Shown piece after piece: positions 18,911-29,417 of a stretch of DNA of 64,000 nucleotides. Positions within the stretch are counted from its first letter, which is position 1. Each line of letters opens with the position of its first letter. The notes beneath the pieces were generated by a model. It made no database searches, was not told the DNA's origin, and saw nothing but the letters and a program-made list of their open reading frames with translations. The position numbers and the translations under genes were made by a program. This stretch comes from Candidatus Marinacidobacterium sp. (GTDB taxonomy: Bacteria > Acidobacteriota > Vicinamibacteria > Marinacidobacterales > Marinacidobacteraceae): NCBI GenBank assembly GCA_965204755.1, contig OZ242011.1, positions 2,496,001 to 2,560,000 of the forward strand, written 5' to 3'.

Positions 18911-20199
18911 CCGCCGCGCGGCGAGCGCCCGGGGATCGCGCGGCGCTCCTCGTCCTCGCGTCGGCTTCCCGGCGCCCGCGGGGCACCGCCCGCCCGCGCC
19001 CGGGCGCCCGGCGTGGCCGGCGCCGGAGAGTCGGAGCGGGAGACCGCGGCGGCGAGTTCGCGGAGGCCGATGGCCTCGACGCCCGGCGAGAGGGGAAACC
19101 GGGCGTCGCCCGGATACACGAGGAACGCCCGTTCCGGGGAGAGGTCGGCGGCGGCGGAGCGGAACCCGCGCGACAGCCGCGGCGCCGCTCCGCGCTTCAC
19201 CTCGATCGCCCAGGGCCGCGGCCGCCCCGGCAGTTCCAGCACCAGGTCGCATTCGGCGCCGTGCGAGGTCCGGTAGAACGATGCCGCGGTTCCCCTCGGC
19301 GCGGCCGCGATCAGGTTCTCGATCACGAAACCTTCCCAACTGCCGCCCACGACCGGGTGCCCGAGCAGCGCCGGGTACTCGCCGATCCCCAGGAGCGCGT
19401 GCGCCAGGCCGCTGTCGCGGATATAGACCTTCGGACTCTTGACCAACCGCTTCCCGAGGTTGGCGGCGCAGGGCGGCAGCCGCCGCACGAAGAGCAGGTC
19501 CACGAGGAGGCCGAGGTAGCGGTTCACGGTGCGGGTGTCCATGCCGAGGCCCGCCGCGATCGCGGCGCCGCTCCAGAGCCCGCCCTGCCGGTGCGCCAGC
19601 ATCGTCCAGAGCCGGCGCATCTTCTCGTGGGCGACGAAGACGCCGAACTGCGGCAGGTCGCGCGCGAGGATCGAGGTGAGAAAGTCCTCCCGCCACTCGA
19701 GGCTTGTGGGGTCGTCCTTCGCGAGGAAACTCTCCGGCAGGCCCCCGCGCAGCCAGAGGACTCGCTCGGCTTCCCCGTCCCGGGCCGCTTCGAGCACATC
19801 GAACGGCCCCAGTTCCAGCGGGGCGAGGCGGCCGGCCAGACTCCGGGTCTGGCGGAGCAGCGAGGCCGAGGCGGACCCGAGCAGCAGGTAGCGTCCGGTT
19901 CGCCGCCCGCTCCGCCGCCCCCGGTCTATGGCGCCGCGGAGTTCACCGAAGATCTCCGGCGCCTGGCGCACCTCGTCGAGCACGACCAGCCGATCCCGGT
20001 GGAAGTCGAGGAACTCCTGGGGCTCGGCGACCTGCGCCCGGTCGCGGGCGTTTTCCAGGTCGAGATAGACGGAGTCGCGCGCCGCCGAGATCGCCAGGGC
20101 GAGCGTGGTCTTGCCGGTCTGGCGGAGGCCGACCAGTCCTACGGCCGGCTGCCGCGAGAGAGCCGCCTCGACCGCGGAGGCGAGCCGACGAGAAATCAT
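18907..20199 (-). CDS. AAA_14 ATPase with DUF4143 domain
   Basis: GLRQTGKTT, VVLDEV, LLLGSAS, SLAGR, WLRGGLP, KRLVKSPKVYIRDSGL, ECDLVLE, AIEVK. Confidence 0.93.
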   Translation of the reverse strand: MISRRLASAVEAALSRQPAVGLVGLRQTGKTTLALAISAARDSVYLDLENARDRAQVAEPQEFLDFHRDRLVVLDEVRQAPEIFGELRGAIDRGRRSGRRTGRYLLLGSASASLLRQTRSLAGRLAPLELGPFDVLEAARDGEAERVLWLRGGLPESFLAKDDPTSLEWREDFLTSILARDLPQFGVFVAHEKMRRLWTMLAHRQGGLWSGAAIAAGLGMDTRTVNRYLGLLVDLLFVRRLPPCAANLGKRLVKSPKVYIRDSGLAHALLGIGEYPALLGHPVVGGSWEGFVIENLIAAAPRGTAASFYRTSHGAECDLVLELPGRPRPWAIEVKRGAAPRLSRGFRSAAADLSPERAFLVYPGDARFPLSPGVEAIGLRELAAAVSRSDSPAPATPGARARAGGAPRAPGSRREDEERRAIPGRSPRGG

Positions 20200-20237
20200 C
20201 CGTGTAAATCATACATAACGATGTAGATATTTCACGG
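20200..20237. promoter_or_regulatory. Imperfect AT-rich inverted repeat abutting the DUF4143 start
   Basis: CCGTGTAAATCATACAT-AACG-ATGTAGATATTTCACGG. Confidence 0.5.
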
Positions 20238-20358
20238 TTGCCAAACCCGACGATGCGGTCGCGCTCGGCGGAGGCGCGCCGCCTCGACCGTGTGCGCGGT
20301 CCGTCCTCCGGCCGGCGCCGGGCGGCCCGCGGTCAGCGGCGGCGCCGCGGCGCCCGGC

Positions 20359-20736
20359 CTACAGGAGGCCCAGTTTCAACTTGGCGGCGTCGCTCATCTT
20401 GTCCGGGTTCCACGGCGGCTCCCAGACCAGGTCCACGCGCACCGAGGAGACGCCCTCCACCCGGCCGACCTTCTGCTCCACTTCCGGCGGAAGCGTTCCG
20501 GCCACGGGACAGGCCGGCGAGGTGAGGGTCATCTCGACCGCCACCTTGCCCTCGTCGTCGGCTTCGACCCGGTACACCAGGCCGAGTTCGTAGATGTCCA
20601 CCGGGATCTCCGGGTCGTAGCAGGTCTGCAGGACGGCGATGACGCGGTCACGCAGCGGGGCTTCGCCGCTCTCCGGGGCGGTCTCTTCGGCGGCGGCGGC
20701 CGCCGTCGGCGTCGCTTCGGTCATGGGGTCTGTCAT
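20359..20736 (-). CDS. sufT: DUF59 / SufT Fe-S assembly protein
   Basis: DPEIPVDIYELGLVY, MTLTSPACPVAG, LVWEPPW; last gene of the suf operon. Confidence 0.9.
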   Translation of the reverse strand: MTDPMTEATPTAAAAAEETAPESGEAPLRDRVIAVLQTCYDPEIPVDIYELGLVYRVEADDEGKVAVEMTLTSPACPVAGTLPPEVEQKVGRVEGVSSVRVDLVWEPPWNPDKMSDAAKLKLGLL

Positions 20737-20859
20737 GGGGTCTCTTTCCTTTCGTCGGTCGGAATCAGGAGCGGCGGTCGAGGGGCCGGAACGGCGCCGA
20801 CGCGAGATCGGCCCGCCGTGCCGCCGACCGGTCGGCCGCGCCGACAACGCCGACGCCGG

Positions 20860-21345
20860 TCATTCCGTGGTGGCCACCGCGCCGCTCTCTTCGAGCGCCG
20901 CCCGGAGCGTGTGCCAGGCCAGCGTCGCGCACTTCACCCGCGCCGGATAGTCGCGCACGCCGCTGAACACGCTCAACTTTCCGAGCGCGCCACCCGGTTC
21001 GTCCGCACCCGTTTCGTCCCCGCCGGCTTCCCCCTCGCCGGAGGCGAGCCGGCGGAACGCCTCGACGAGTTCCAGCGCCTTCGCTTCCTCCCGGCCGGGC
21101 AGCGCCTCGGTCAGGAGCGAGGCGGAGGCGGTGGAGATCGCGCAGCCCTCGCCGGTGAACGCGGCCTGCTCCACCACGCCGTCCTCCACGCGCAGGAACA
21201 GCCGGAGCCGGTCGCCGCACAGCGGGTTGAACCCGTCGGCGGTCCGGTTCGCCCCTTCGAGGGCGCCGTAGTTCCGCGGCTTCCGGCTGTGGTCGAGGAT
21301 GACCTCCCGGTAGAGGTCGCGCAACTCGGCGGCGACGGCGTTCAC
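20860..21345 (-). CDS. sufU: SUF system NifU-family protein
   Basis: LYREVILDH, NPLCGD, GCAISTASAS, RVKCATLAWH. Confidence 0.93.
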   Translation of the reverse strand: MNAVAAELRDLYREVILDHSRKPRNYGALEGANRTADGFNPLCGDRLRLFLRVEDGVVEQAAFTGEGCAISTASASLLTEALPGREEAKALELVEAFRRLASGEGEAGGDETGADEPGGALGKLSVFSGVRDYPARVKCATLAWHTLRAALEESGAVATTE

Positions 21346-21430
21346 GGGCGGGGCCCCGGCGGACTCACGAACGGGACGCCGGCGGACTCACGGGCGGGGG
21401 CGGACTCACGGGCGCCGGCGGGCTCACGGG
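21343..21430 (-). repeat. Degenerate tandem repeat of the cccGTGAGtccgcc junction unit
   Basis: Five GTGA-containing units on the minus strand, GTG at 21427, 21409, 21391, 21368 and 21345. Confidence 0.8.
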
Positions 21431-22662
21431 CGGAAGATCCCGATGGCGGTTCGGAGCCCGTCGGCCAGCCGTTCCGCTTCCTCTTCGGTGTTGTAGAGCC
21501 CGAACGAGGCGCGCACCGTCGCCGGAACCCCGAACCGCTCCATCAGCGGCTGCGCGCAGTGGTGCCCGGTGCGGACGCAGACGCCCTCCCGGTCGAGCAC
21601 CGTCCCCAGGTCGTGCGGGTGGATCCCCTCGACGGTGAAGGAAACGACCGCCGCTTTCCCCGGCGCGGTCCCGACGACCCGGACGCCCGGAATCTCCGCG
21701 AGCAGCCGCTCGGTCCGCTCGCGCAGCCGCTCTTCGTGGGCGGCGACCGCCTCCACGCCGAGGGCGTCGAGGTAGTCGGCGGCCGCCGCCAGCCCCACCG
21801 GGCCGGAGATGTTCGGCGTGCCGGCCTCGAACTTGGCCGGGGGATCCGCGTAGGTGGTCCCTTCGATCCGCACGCTGCGGATCATCTCGCCGCCGCCCTG
21901 GTACGGCGGGAGTCGCTCGAGCAGGTCCTTCCGGCCCCAGAGGACGCCGATCCCGGAGGGGCCGTACATCTTGTGCCCGGACACCGCGTAGAGGTCGCAG
22001 CCCAGGTCCGGCGCCGCGACGCGCAGGTGCGGGGCCGCCTGCGCCCCGTCCACGACGACGAACGCGCCGTTCTCCCGCGCCGTCGCCGCCATCTCCCGCA
22101 CCGGGTTCACCGTCCCCAGCGCGTTCGAGACATGCACCAGCGAAACGATCTTCACGCGGGGCGTCAGCCGGCGGCGGAAGTCGTCGAGGTCGAGTTCGCC
22201 GGCGTCGGTGACCGAAACCGCCGAGACCCGGGCGCCGATCGGCTCGGCGACCATCTGCCAGGGCACGATGTTGGAGTGGTGCTCCATCTCGGTGATCAGC
22301 ACTTCGTCGCCCTCGCGGAGCGCGTGGCGCCCGAGGCAGGAGGCCGCGAGGTTCAACCCCTCGGTGGCCCCGCGCACGAAGACGATCTCCTCCGGGGACT
22401 CCGCGGAGAGGAAGGCCGCCATCCGCGTCCGCGCCTGCTCGTACTGCCGGGTGGCCCGTTCCGACAGGACATGGACGCCACGGTGGATGTTCGCGTAGCC
22501 GGTCTCGTACATCCGGTTCACGGCGTCGAGCACCGCCCGCGGCTTCTGGGCGCTCGCCGCGTTGTCCAGGTAGGCGATCTCCTTCCCCCGCGCCTGCTGG
22601 CTCAGGATCGGGAAGTCGCCGCGGACCCGCTCCAGGTCGTACGCCGGGGCCGCGCCGCTCAT
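21424..22662 (-). CDS. sufS: Cysteine desulfurase
   Basis: YLDNAASAQKP, EHHSNIVPWQ, SGHKMYGPSG (PLP Lys), RTGHHCAQP. Confidence 0.96.
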   Translation of the reverse strand: MSGAAPAYDLERVRGDFPILSQQARGKEIAYLDNAASAQKPRAVLDAVNRMYETGYANIHRGVHVLSERATRQYEQARTRMAAFLSAESPEEIVFVRGATEGLNLAASCLGRHALREGDEVLITEMEHHSNIVPWQMVAEPIGARVSAVSVTDAGELDLDDFRRRLTPRVKIVSLVHVSNALGTVNPVREMAATARENGAFVVVDGAQAAPHLRVAAPDLGCDLYAVSGHKMYGPSGIGVLWGRKDLLERLPPYQGGGEMIRSVRIEGTTYADPPAKFEAGTPNISGPVGLAAAADYLDALGVEAVAAHEERLRERTERLLAEIPGVRVVGTAPGKAAVVSFTVEGIHPHDLGTVLDREGVCVRTGHHCAQPLMERFGVPATVRASFGLYNTEEEAERLADGLRTAIGIFRP

Positions 22663-24032
22663 GCCGGGGCCTCGCTCCACCGGGGCCGCATCGCCGCGAG
22701 TTCGGCCTCCGCGAGGGCGCGCACCGGCGCCGCGCCGGCCCGTTCGATGACTTCGCCGGCGAACGCCCGGATGAGGATCTCCCGCGAGTCCATCGCCCCG
22801 AGGCCGCGCGAGCGGAGGTAGAAGAGGGCGTCTTCGTCGAGCCGGCCGATCGCCGCGCCGTGAGCGCACTTCACATCGTCGGCGTTGATCTCCAGCCGGG
22901 GGCGGGTGTGCGTCTCCGCGCGGCGGGAGAGCAGCAGCGTCCGGTTCGCCTGCGCGGCGTCGGTCCCCACCGCCCCGGGAGTCACCACCACCTTCCCGTC
23001 GAACACCGCCCGCGCCCCCTCGGCCAGCACGCTCTTGAACAGTTGCCGACTCGAGCCGCGCGGCGCGGCGTGGACCACCAGCGTGTGGTGGTCGGCCGCG
23101 GCGGCCCCGGCGCCGAGGAACAGCCCGTTCAACTCGGCGTCCGCGCCTTCCGACCGGAGGAGCGCCCGCGCTTCGATGCGGGAACGGCCGGCCCCGAGCG
23201 AGAACACCGCGCACCGGAGGCGCGCGTCCCGCCCCAGTTCGAAGGTGACCCGCCCGGTGTGGGCGACCCGTTCCGGTTCCCGGTCCAGCCGGAGGTAGTG
23301 GAGTTCCGCGTTCTCGCCGATCCGGCAGAACGCGCTCGGATTCGTCCACCCGGAGTCCGCGCCGCCCTCGCCGCCCTCGCCGCGCTCGCCGCCCTCGTGC
23401 GCCTCGATCACCACCGCCCGGCTGCCCGCCCCCAGTTCGACGATGAATCGGGGGTGGAGCATCCGTTCCGCGCCCGGTTCCCCGCTGCGGCTCGAATGGA
23501 GCAGCACCGGCGGGCAGTCGGCGTCCGCGGGGACTTCGAGGCGCGCGCCGCAGTCGGAGAGCGCCGCGTTCAGCGTTTCCAGCGGGTGGGCGAGTGCGCC
23601 CTCCGCGTCCGCTTCGGGCCCGTTCCCGCCGGACTCGGCGCCCGCCCCGTCCTCCCCGAACCTAGCGGCGCCGGGGGAGAGGGCCGCGCCGCCCCGGCCG
23701 AAGGCCTCGATGTTCACCCCGCCACCGACTGGAGCGGAAACCGACTCCACCAGCCCGTTCCGCAGCCGGACGGCGTCCGCGAACCCCTCCGTCCAGTCCG
23801 GCGGCGTCCCGTTCGCCGGCGGGGCCCCTTCGAACGGACGGTAGAGCGCCTTGGTCAGGTCGAGACCGGAGTGTCTCCAGTCCTCGTCCCCGGCGGTGGG
23901 GAACCCGCCGCGCGCGAAGAACTCCCCGACCAACCGCCGGCGCCGCGTCCCCTCCGCCCCTGCCTCCATCCGCCCGGCGCAGTCGAGGTAGTGCGGCTCG
24001 GCGCCCCGGCCGGGCCCCGACTCCGAAGGCAT
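22659..24032 (-). CDS. sufD: Fe-S cluster assembly protein SufD
   Basis: FPT..DEDWRHS, PRLEINADDVKCAHGA, LFYLRSRG; position in operon. Confidence 0.93.
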   Translation of the reverse strand: MPSESGPGRGAEPHYLDCAGRMEAGAEGTRRRRLVGEFFARGGFPTAGDEDWRHSGLDLTKALYRPFEGAPPANGTPPDWTEGFADAVRLRNGLVESVSAPVGGGVNIEAFGRGGAALSPGAARFGEDGAGAESGGNGPEADAEGALAHPLETLNAALSDCGARLEVPADADCPPVLLHSSRSGEPGAERMLHPRFIVELGAGSRAVVIEAHEGGERGEGGEGGADSGWTNPSAFCRIGENAELHYLRLDREPERVAHTGRVTFELGRDARLRCAVFSLGAGRSRIEARALLRSEGADAELNGLFLGAGAAAADHHTLVVHAAPRGSSRQLFKSVLAEGARAVFDGKVVVTPGAVGTDAAQANRTLLLSRRAETHTRPRLEINADDVKCAHGAAIGRLDEDALFYLRSRGLGAMDSREILIRAFAGEVIERAGAAPVRALAEAELAAMRPRWSEAPA

Positions 24033-24052
24033 CGCGCGGCCGGGGTGTCCGC

Positions 24053-24817
24053 TCAGACCGCGGCCGGCTCGAGCGGCTTCCCGTACCCCTCGCGTTCGAG
24101 CCGCAGCGCGAGTTCGCCGCCGCCCGAATCCACGATCCGGCCGCCCTGCAGCACATGCACCCGGTCGGGGACGATGTGGTTCAGCAGCCGCTGGTAGTGG
24201 GTGATCACGAGGAACGAGCGCTCCGGCGACCGCATCCGGTTCACGCCGTCGGCGACGATGCGGAGCGCGTCGATGTCCAGCCCGGAGTCGGTCTCGTCCA
24301 GCACCGCGAGCGTCGGCTCCAGCACCGACAACTGGAGGATTTCGTTCCGCTTCTTCTCGCCGCCGGAGAAGCCCTCGTTCACCGGCCGCTTCACCAGGTC
24401 GGCGTCGAAGTCCAGCGCCTTCACCCGCTCCCGCATCAACGAGAGGAAGTCCACTGCGTCGAGTTCCGGCAGGCCCCGGTGCCTGCGCACTTCGTTGAGC
24501 GCCGCCTTGAGGAAGTAGGTGTTGTTGACCCCGGGGATCTCCACCGGATACTGGAACGCGAGGAACACGCCCCGGCGGGCGCGCTCCTCCGGCTCTGCCT
24601 CCGTCAGGTCCTCGCCCCGGTAGCGGATCGTCCCGGCGGTGATCTCGTAGCCCTCGCGTCCGGCGATCACATGCGCCAGCGTGCTCTTGCCGGAGCCGTT
24701 CGGGCCCATGACCGCGTGCGTCTCCCCCGGCGGGATCTCCAGATCGAGCCCGCGCAGGATCGGTTTGCCGGAGGCGGCGACTTCGAGCCCGCGGATCTCG
24801 AGCAGCGGCGGACTCAC
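24053..24817 (-). CDS. sufC: Fe-S cluster assembly ATPase SufC
   Basis: [50 protein letters not shown]; GTGA overlap with sufB. Confidence 0.96.
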   Translation of the reverse strand: MSPPLLEIRGLEVAASGKPILRGLDLEIPPGETHAVMGPNGSGKSTLAHVIAGREGYEITAGTIRYRGEDLTEAEPEERARRGVFLAFQYPVEIPGVNNTYFLKAALNEVRRHRGLPELDAVDFLSLMRERVKALDFDADLVKRPVNEGFSGGEKKRNEILQLSVLEPTLAVLDETDSGLDIDALRIVADGVNRMRSPERSFLVITHYQRLLNHIVPDRVHVLQGGRIVDSGGGELALRLEREGYGKPLEPAAV

Positions 24818-26295
24818 CCCACGGCTCCTTCGAGGCTCACGCCCAGCAGTTTCTGCGCTTCCACCGCGAACTCCATCGGCAACTCGGACAGAACTTCCCG
24901 CGCGAACCCGTTGACGATGAGCGAGACCGCCTCTTCCGGGTCGAGCCCGCGCTGGCGGCAGTAGAACAACTGGTCCTCGCCGATGCGGGAGGTGCTGGCC
25001 TCGTGTTCGAGTTGGGCGTCCGGGTTGGCCACATCTATATAAGGGACCGTGTGGGCGCCGCAGTCCGGGCCGATGAGCAGCGAGTCGCACTGCGAGAAGT
25101 TGCGCGCCCGGTCCGCTCCGGGAAGCACCTTGACCTGGCCCCGGTAGGTGTTCTGGCCCCGGCCGGCGGAGATGCCCTTCGAGATGATGGTGCTCCGGGT
25201 GTTCTTCCCGATGTGGATCATCTTGGTGCCGGTGTCCGCCTGCTGGCGGTTCGCGGTGATGGCCACCGAGTAGAACTCGCCCACCGAGTCGTCCCCGACC
25301 AGCAGGCAACTCGGGTACTTCCAGGTGATCGCCGAGCCGGTCTCCACCTGCGTCCAGGAGATGCGCGACCGGGCGCCGGCGCACTTTCCCCGCTTGGTGA
25401 CGAAGTTGTAGATGCCCCCGACGCCGTCCTTGTCTCCCGGATACCAGTTCTGCACCGTCGAGTACTTGATGCGGGCGTCCTCGAGCGCGACCAGTTCCAC
25501 CACCGCGGCGTGCAGTTGGTTCTCGTCCCGCATCGGCGCGGTGCAGCCTTCGAGGTAACTCACTTCGCTGCCCCGGTCGGCCACGATGAGCGTGCGTTCG
25601 AACTGGCCGGTCTCGGACGCGTTGATCCGGAAGTAGGTCGAGAGTTCCATCGGGCAGCGGACGCCCGGCGGGATATAGACGAAGGACCCGTCGGAGAACA
25701 CCGCGGAGTTCAGGCAGGCGAAGAAGTTGTCCGAGTGCGGCACGACCGTTCCCAGGTATCGGCGCACCAGGTCCGGGTGCTCCCGGACCGCTTCCGAGAA
25801 ACTGCAGAAGACGATCCCCAGGTCGGCCAGTTTGGCCTTGAAGGTGGTCGCCACCGACACGCTGTCGAACACCGCGTCCACCGCGACTCCGGCCAGCCGC
25901 TGCTGCTCGGCCAGCGGAATGCCCAGTTTCTCGTAGGTGGCGCGGAGTTCCGGGTCGATGTCGTCGAGGCTCTTCGGGCCGTCGGCCACCGCGCTCTTCG
26001 GCGCCGCGTAGTAGCGGATCTCGTCGTAGCGGATCGGCGGATAGGAGACCTTGGCCCAGTTCGGCTCTTCCATCTCCAGCCAGATGCGGTAGGCGGCGAG
26101 CCGCCAGTCGAGCAGCCACTCCGGCTCCTCTTTCTTCGAGGAGATGAGGCGGACGACTTCTTCGGAGAGTCCCGGGGGGATCGTCTCGGTTTCGATGTCG
26201 GTGACGAACCCGTAGGCGTACTCGCGCTCGACGAGGTTCTTGACCTCGTCGGCGCCGAGTTGTTTCCGGGGTTCGACGGCGGCGGCGTTCGGCAT
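24814..26295 (-). CDS. sufB: Fe-S cluster assembly protein SufB
   Basis: [43 protein letters not shown]. Confidence 0.97.
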   Translation of the reverse strand: MPNAAAVEPRKQLGADEVKNLVEREYAYGFVTDIETETIPPGLSEEVVRLISSKKEEPEWLLDWRLAAYRIWLEMEEPNWAKVSYPPIRYDEIRYYAAPKSAVADGPKSLDDIDPELRATYEKLGIPLAEQQRLAGVAVDAVFDSVSVATTFKAKLADLGIVFCSFSEAVREHPDLVRRYLGTVVPHSDNFFACLNSAVFSDGSFVYIPPGVRCPMELSTYFRINASETGQFERTLIVADRGSEVSYLEGCTAPMRDENQLHAAVVELVALEDARIKYSTVQNWYPGDKDGVGGIYNFVTKRGKCAGARSRISWTQVETGSAITWKYPSCLLVGDDSVGEFYSVAITANRQQADTGTKMIHIGKNTRSTIISKGISAGRGQNTYRGQVKVLPGADRARNFSQCDSLLIGPDCGAHTVPYIDVANPDAQLEHEASTSRIGEDQLFYCRQRGLDPEEAVSLIVNGFAREVLSELPMEFAVEAQKLLGVSLEGAVG

Positions 26296-26314
26296 GGGAT
26301 CTACGGGAGGGGAC

Positions 26315-26857
26315 TCAGCCCGCCGCTCCGGCGGCGGGGGGCGACGGGGAGGCGCTCGGCAGGCGCGGGAAGGCCGCGCGGGCGGGGGGCGGCGCCGGCG
26401 CGGCGGCCTCCGGCGGGGCAGGGGAGTCGTCGGGGAACTCCTCGGGAAAGTCCGCGCCGGGCAGCAGGTGCGAGAGCGTCAGGCGGGAGAGCGTCCTGGC
26501 CACCAGGTCGTGGACCCGTTGGAGCGGCCCGCGCACGCAGCAGGTCGGGGTGAGCGAGCAGTTGTGCTCGTCGAGGCCGCATTCCACGAGCGCCAGCGGC
26601 CCCTCCACGGCCTCGATGACCTCGATGAGCGGGACTTCGCCCGGGGGCCGGGCCAGCCGATACCCCCCCAGGACTCCCTGGCGCGTGCTGACCAGTCCCG
26701 CTCGCCGCAGCCCCTGCAGGATCTTGGCGATCAGGTCCGCCGGGAGACCCCGGCCGGCGGCGACCCGCCGCGCGCTGAGCGTCTCGTCAGCCGGGAGCGC
26801 CGCCAGGTCCGAAAGAGCCATCAGGGCGTAGTCGGTGCTCCGGGAGAGACGGATCAT
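26315..26857 (-). CDS. Rrf2-family regulator of the suf operon
   Basis: [30 protein letters not shown], three Cys (EC..NC..TC). Confidence 0.9.
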   Translation of the reverse strand: MIRLSRSTDYALMALSDLAALPADETLSARRVAAGRGLPADLIAKILQGLRRAGLVSTRQGVLGGYRLARPPGEVPLIEVIEAVEGPLALVECGLDEHNCSLTPTCCVRGPLQRVHDLVARTLSRLTLSHLLPGADFPEEFPDDSPAPPEAAAPAPPPARAAFPRLPSASPSPPAAGAAG

Positions 26858-27259
26858 GAAAGTGGGCGGAGTGGCGTGGGGCGGGAACGGGGAGAAGCGC
26901 GGGGAGAAGGTCGGGAAGGAGGGCGGGCGAGAGGCGGCGACCCCGGGGCGGGAGGAGGGGAGCGACCCGGCGCGGAGCCGCGTCGAAACGGAGCGCCCGG
27001 CCCCCGGCTCTCCGGGGGTTCGGCCCCGGCGGGGCCGTCGGGGAACTGGGAAGGAACGACGCCGGGCTCGATCGCCCGGTGAATTGCGACCCGAAGAGTC
27101 CTATTTTACCTGCGCCCCGGCGGGGCGGTCAAACCCCGTTGGCGCGCTCCCGCCGGGCGCGGCCCGTTCCCGAACCGTCTCCCCGAACTGTCTCGTTGCC
27201 GCCGGAACGGTAGCCGCGCCGCGCCTCCCCTCCGCCGGCTTCGTACACTGCCTCGCCGC

Positions 27260-28159
27260 ATGGCGCGCCGCCCCGCTCCCGCCCCGCCTGCCGGAACCCC
27301 GGCCGGGACCCCGGCCGACGCCTCGGCCGGGGCCGCGTCCGACCCCGCCGTCCGGCGGGACCGCCGAACCAGGCGCGGCCGCGGCCCTTGGGCGGCCCCG
27401 AAGACCGCCCGCGCCGCGACCCGCCGGGATTCCGAGCCCGGCGACGGTCCGGAACCGGCCGCCCCGGACCCCGGGGCGCCGGACTGGAAGCGGGCGACCG
27501 CCGCCCTCTCGCGGCGCGACCCGGCGCTCCGCGCCCTGATCCGGCGCGTCGGCCCCTGCACGCTCGCGCCCCGCGAGAACTCCTTCGGCGGGCTGGCCGG
27601 CGCCATCGTCGCCCAGCAGATCTCCGCCGCCGCCGCCACCACGATCCACACCCGCCTCTGGAGCCTCACCGGCGGCCGCCCGCCGACGCCGGAGGACCTC
27701 CTGCGCCGCCGCGAGACGACGCTCCGGCGGGTGGGCCTCTCCCGCCAGAAGATCGCCTACCTCCGCGACCTGGCCCGCCGGGTCCGCGACGGCGTCCTCG
27801 ACTTGGCGGCGCTCCCCGGCCTCCCCGACGACGAAGTGCGCCGGGAACTCACCGCCGTCCGCGGGATCGGCCGGTGGACCGCCGACATGCACCTCATCTT
27901 CACCCTGAACCGCCCCGATGTGTTCGCTCCGGGCGACGCCGCCGTCCTCGCCGCCATGCGCGACCTCTACCGCCTCCCGGAAGACGCCCCCGCCGAGACC
28001 TACGAGGAAATCAGCGCCCGCTGGCGCCCCTACCGCAGCGTCGGCGTCTGGTACATGTACGAACACCTCCACGCCCTCCGCGCCGCCGCCCGCGGGGCGC
28101 CCCCGCCGGCGCCGCGCGACCGGGCGGCGCCGGCTACACTCACGGGCAACCGTGGGTGA
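27260..28159 (+). CDS. DNA-3-methyladenine glycosylase II family (AlkA-like); start uncertain
   Basis: IVAQQIS, VGLSRQK, HhH motif VRGIGRWTADM, WRPYRS. Confidence 0.9.
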   Translation: MARRPAPAPPAGTPAGTPADASAGAASDPAVRRDRRTRRGRGPWAAPKTARAATRRDSEPGDGPEPAAPDPGAPDWKRATAALSRRDPALRALIRRVGPCTLAPRENSFGGLAGAIVAQQISAAAATTIHTRLWSLTGGRPPTPEDLLRRRETTLRRVGLSRQKIAYLRDLARRVRDGVLDLAALPGLPDDEVRRELTAVRGIGRWTADMHLIFTLNRPDVFAPGDAAVLAAMRDLYRLPEDAPAETYEEISARWRPYRSVGVWYMYEHLHALRAAARGAPPPAPRDRAAPATLTGNRG

Positions 28160-28376
28160 ACCTCGAACCTTGAACCTGTCTTTTTCTACTCAAGGAGTCG
28201 AGGCCATTGCGCTGGCGACCTCACCGGCGCTTCCCCGCGCGGGAAGCGCGATTCGGGGCTCTGAGGCCCCCCTTTTCGACCGCGGCTTCGGCCGCCGGAA
28301 CCTCCGCGGCGACTCGCGGAGGCGGCCGCCGGCCCGGCCCGCCGGCCTTCCCGTCCGCCAACCACCGGAGGCCGGC

Positions 28377-28727
28377 ATGCCCCGGTTCCTGATCGTCGTG
28401 GCCGCTGTCGGCGGACTCTGCGGGGTGGCCGCGCTGCTGCTCGGCGTCCTCGCCCTGCCCATGGGGCTACCGGCGCCCCTGCTCGCCGAGCGGCTCTACA
28501 GCCAAGTCTCGCTCCACCTCTGGTTCGTCGAAATCCTCCTGATCCTGGTCGCCGTCGGCGCGGCGGTCTTCGGGTTGGCCGGCTACCAGTCCATCCGGGA
28601 AGTCGCCGCCACAATGGCCCGCGCCGAGGCCCGCCGCGTGGCCTCGGCGCAAATGGTGGAACACCGCAGGAGCCTTCGCCGCGGCCTCGGCGAGGGGGAG
28701 ACCAACGACGAGAAAGGAACGGAGTAA
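28377..28727 (+). CDS. Small two-TM membrane protein
   Basis: GGAGG before ATG; two hydrophobic helices then a helical tail; 5 nt before the IrrE-like gene. Confidence 0.65.
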   Translation: MPRFLIVVAAVGGLCGVAALLLGVLALPMGLPAPLLAERLYSQVSLHLWFVEILLILVAVGAAVFGLAGYQSIREVAATMARAEARRVASAQMVEHRRSLRRGLGEGETNDEKGTE

Positions 28728-28732
28728 CGCCC

Positions 28733-29215
28733 ATGGCCCTGCCCAAGATCCACATGGAGATCATCCGCGAGTACCAGCGGAAGGTGCCGGTCGCGGTGGA
28801 CGAGATCGCGAAGGAACTCGGGCTGAAGTCGTACTGGGGGATCTGGGACAACGGCGCGTCCGGCCGCATCGCCAAGGACCGGAAGAAGGGCGGGAAGAGC
28901 GGTTACGCCCTCATCGTCAACCGGGACCACTCGCCGGAGCGCCGGCGGTTCACCGTCGCCCACCAGATCGCCCACTTCCTCATGCACAAGAAGGAAATGG
29001 GCGACAGCCTTGTCGACGACTCGCTCTACCGGAGCAAACTGGGCGGCCCGTACGAAGTGGCGGCCAACGACTTCGCGGCCTGGCTCCTCATGCCCTGGAA
29101 CATGATCCTGCACGAAGTGGCCTGCGGCGCGGAGACCGTCGAGAAGTTGGCGAAGATCTTCCAAGTCTCCAACAGTTGCATGGCCGTTCGCCTCGGCTTC
29201 CCGTTCGAGGACTGA
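28733..29215 (+). CDS. ImmA/IrrE-family metallopeptidase-like protein, HQxxH variant (copy 1)
   Basis: RRRFTVAHQIAHFLMH, EVAANDFAAWLLMP. Confidence 0.85.
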   Translation: MALPKIHMEIIREYQRKVPVAVDEIAKELGLKSYWGIWDNGASGRIAKDRKKGGKSGYALIVNRDHSPERRRFTVAHQIAHFLMHKKEMGDSLVDDSLYRSKLGGPYEVAANDFAAWLLMPWNMILHEVACGAETVEKLAKIFQVSNSCMAVRLGFPFED

Positions 29216-29253
29216 CCGGGCCGGTGCAAGATCGCCCGGCCTCGCGCCGGGCC

Positions 29254-29317
29254 GGCGTCGGTCCGGCCGCTTCGCGACCCGGAGGCAGGGCTTGCCGGTC
29301 TTCCGGCCTTCGGGGGA
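29254..29317 (-). pseudogene. Decayed duplicate of the peroxiredoxin 3' end
   Basis: 55 of 64 positions identical to 29969-30032 without gaps; reads PEGRKTGKPCLRVAKRPD versus PEGWKTVKPYLRVVKQPD. Confidence 0.85.
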
Positions 29318-29417
29318 CCCGCCCTTCGCGCCGCCGCCCGCCGCCCGCCGGCCGCGGCCGCGCCTCCGCTGCCGGCGGCGGGATGCCGACCATGAGTAGA
29401 GTGACGGGGGAACACCC

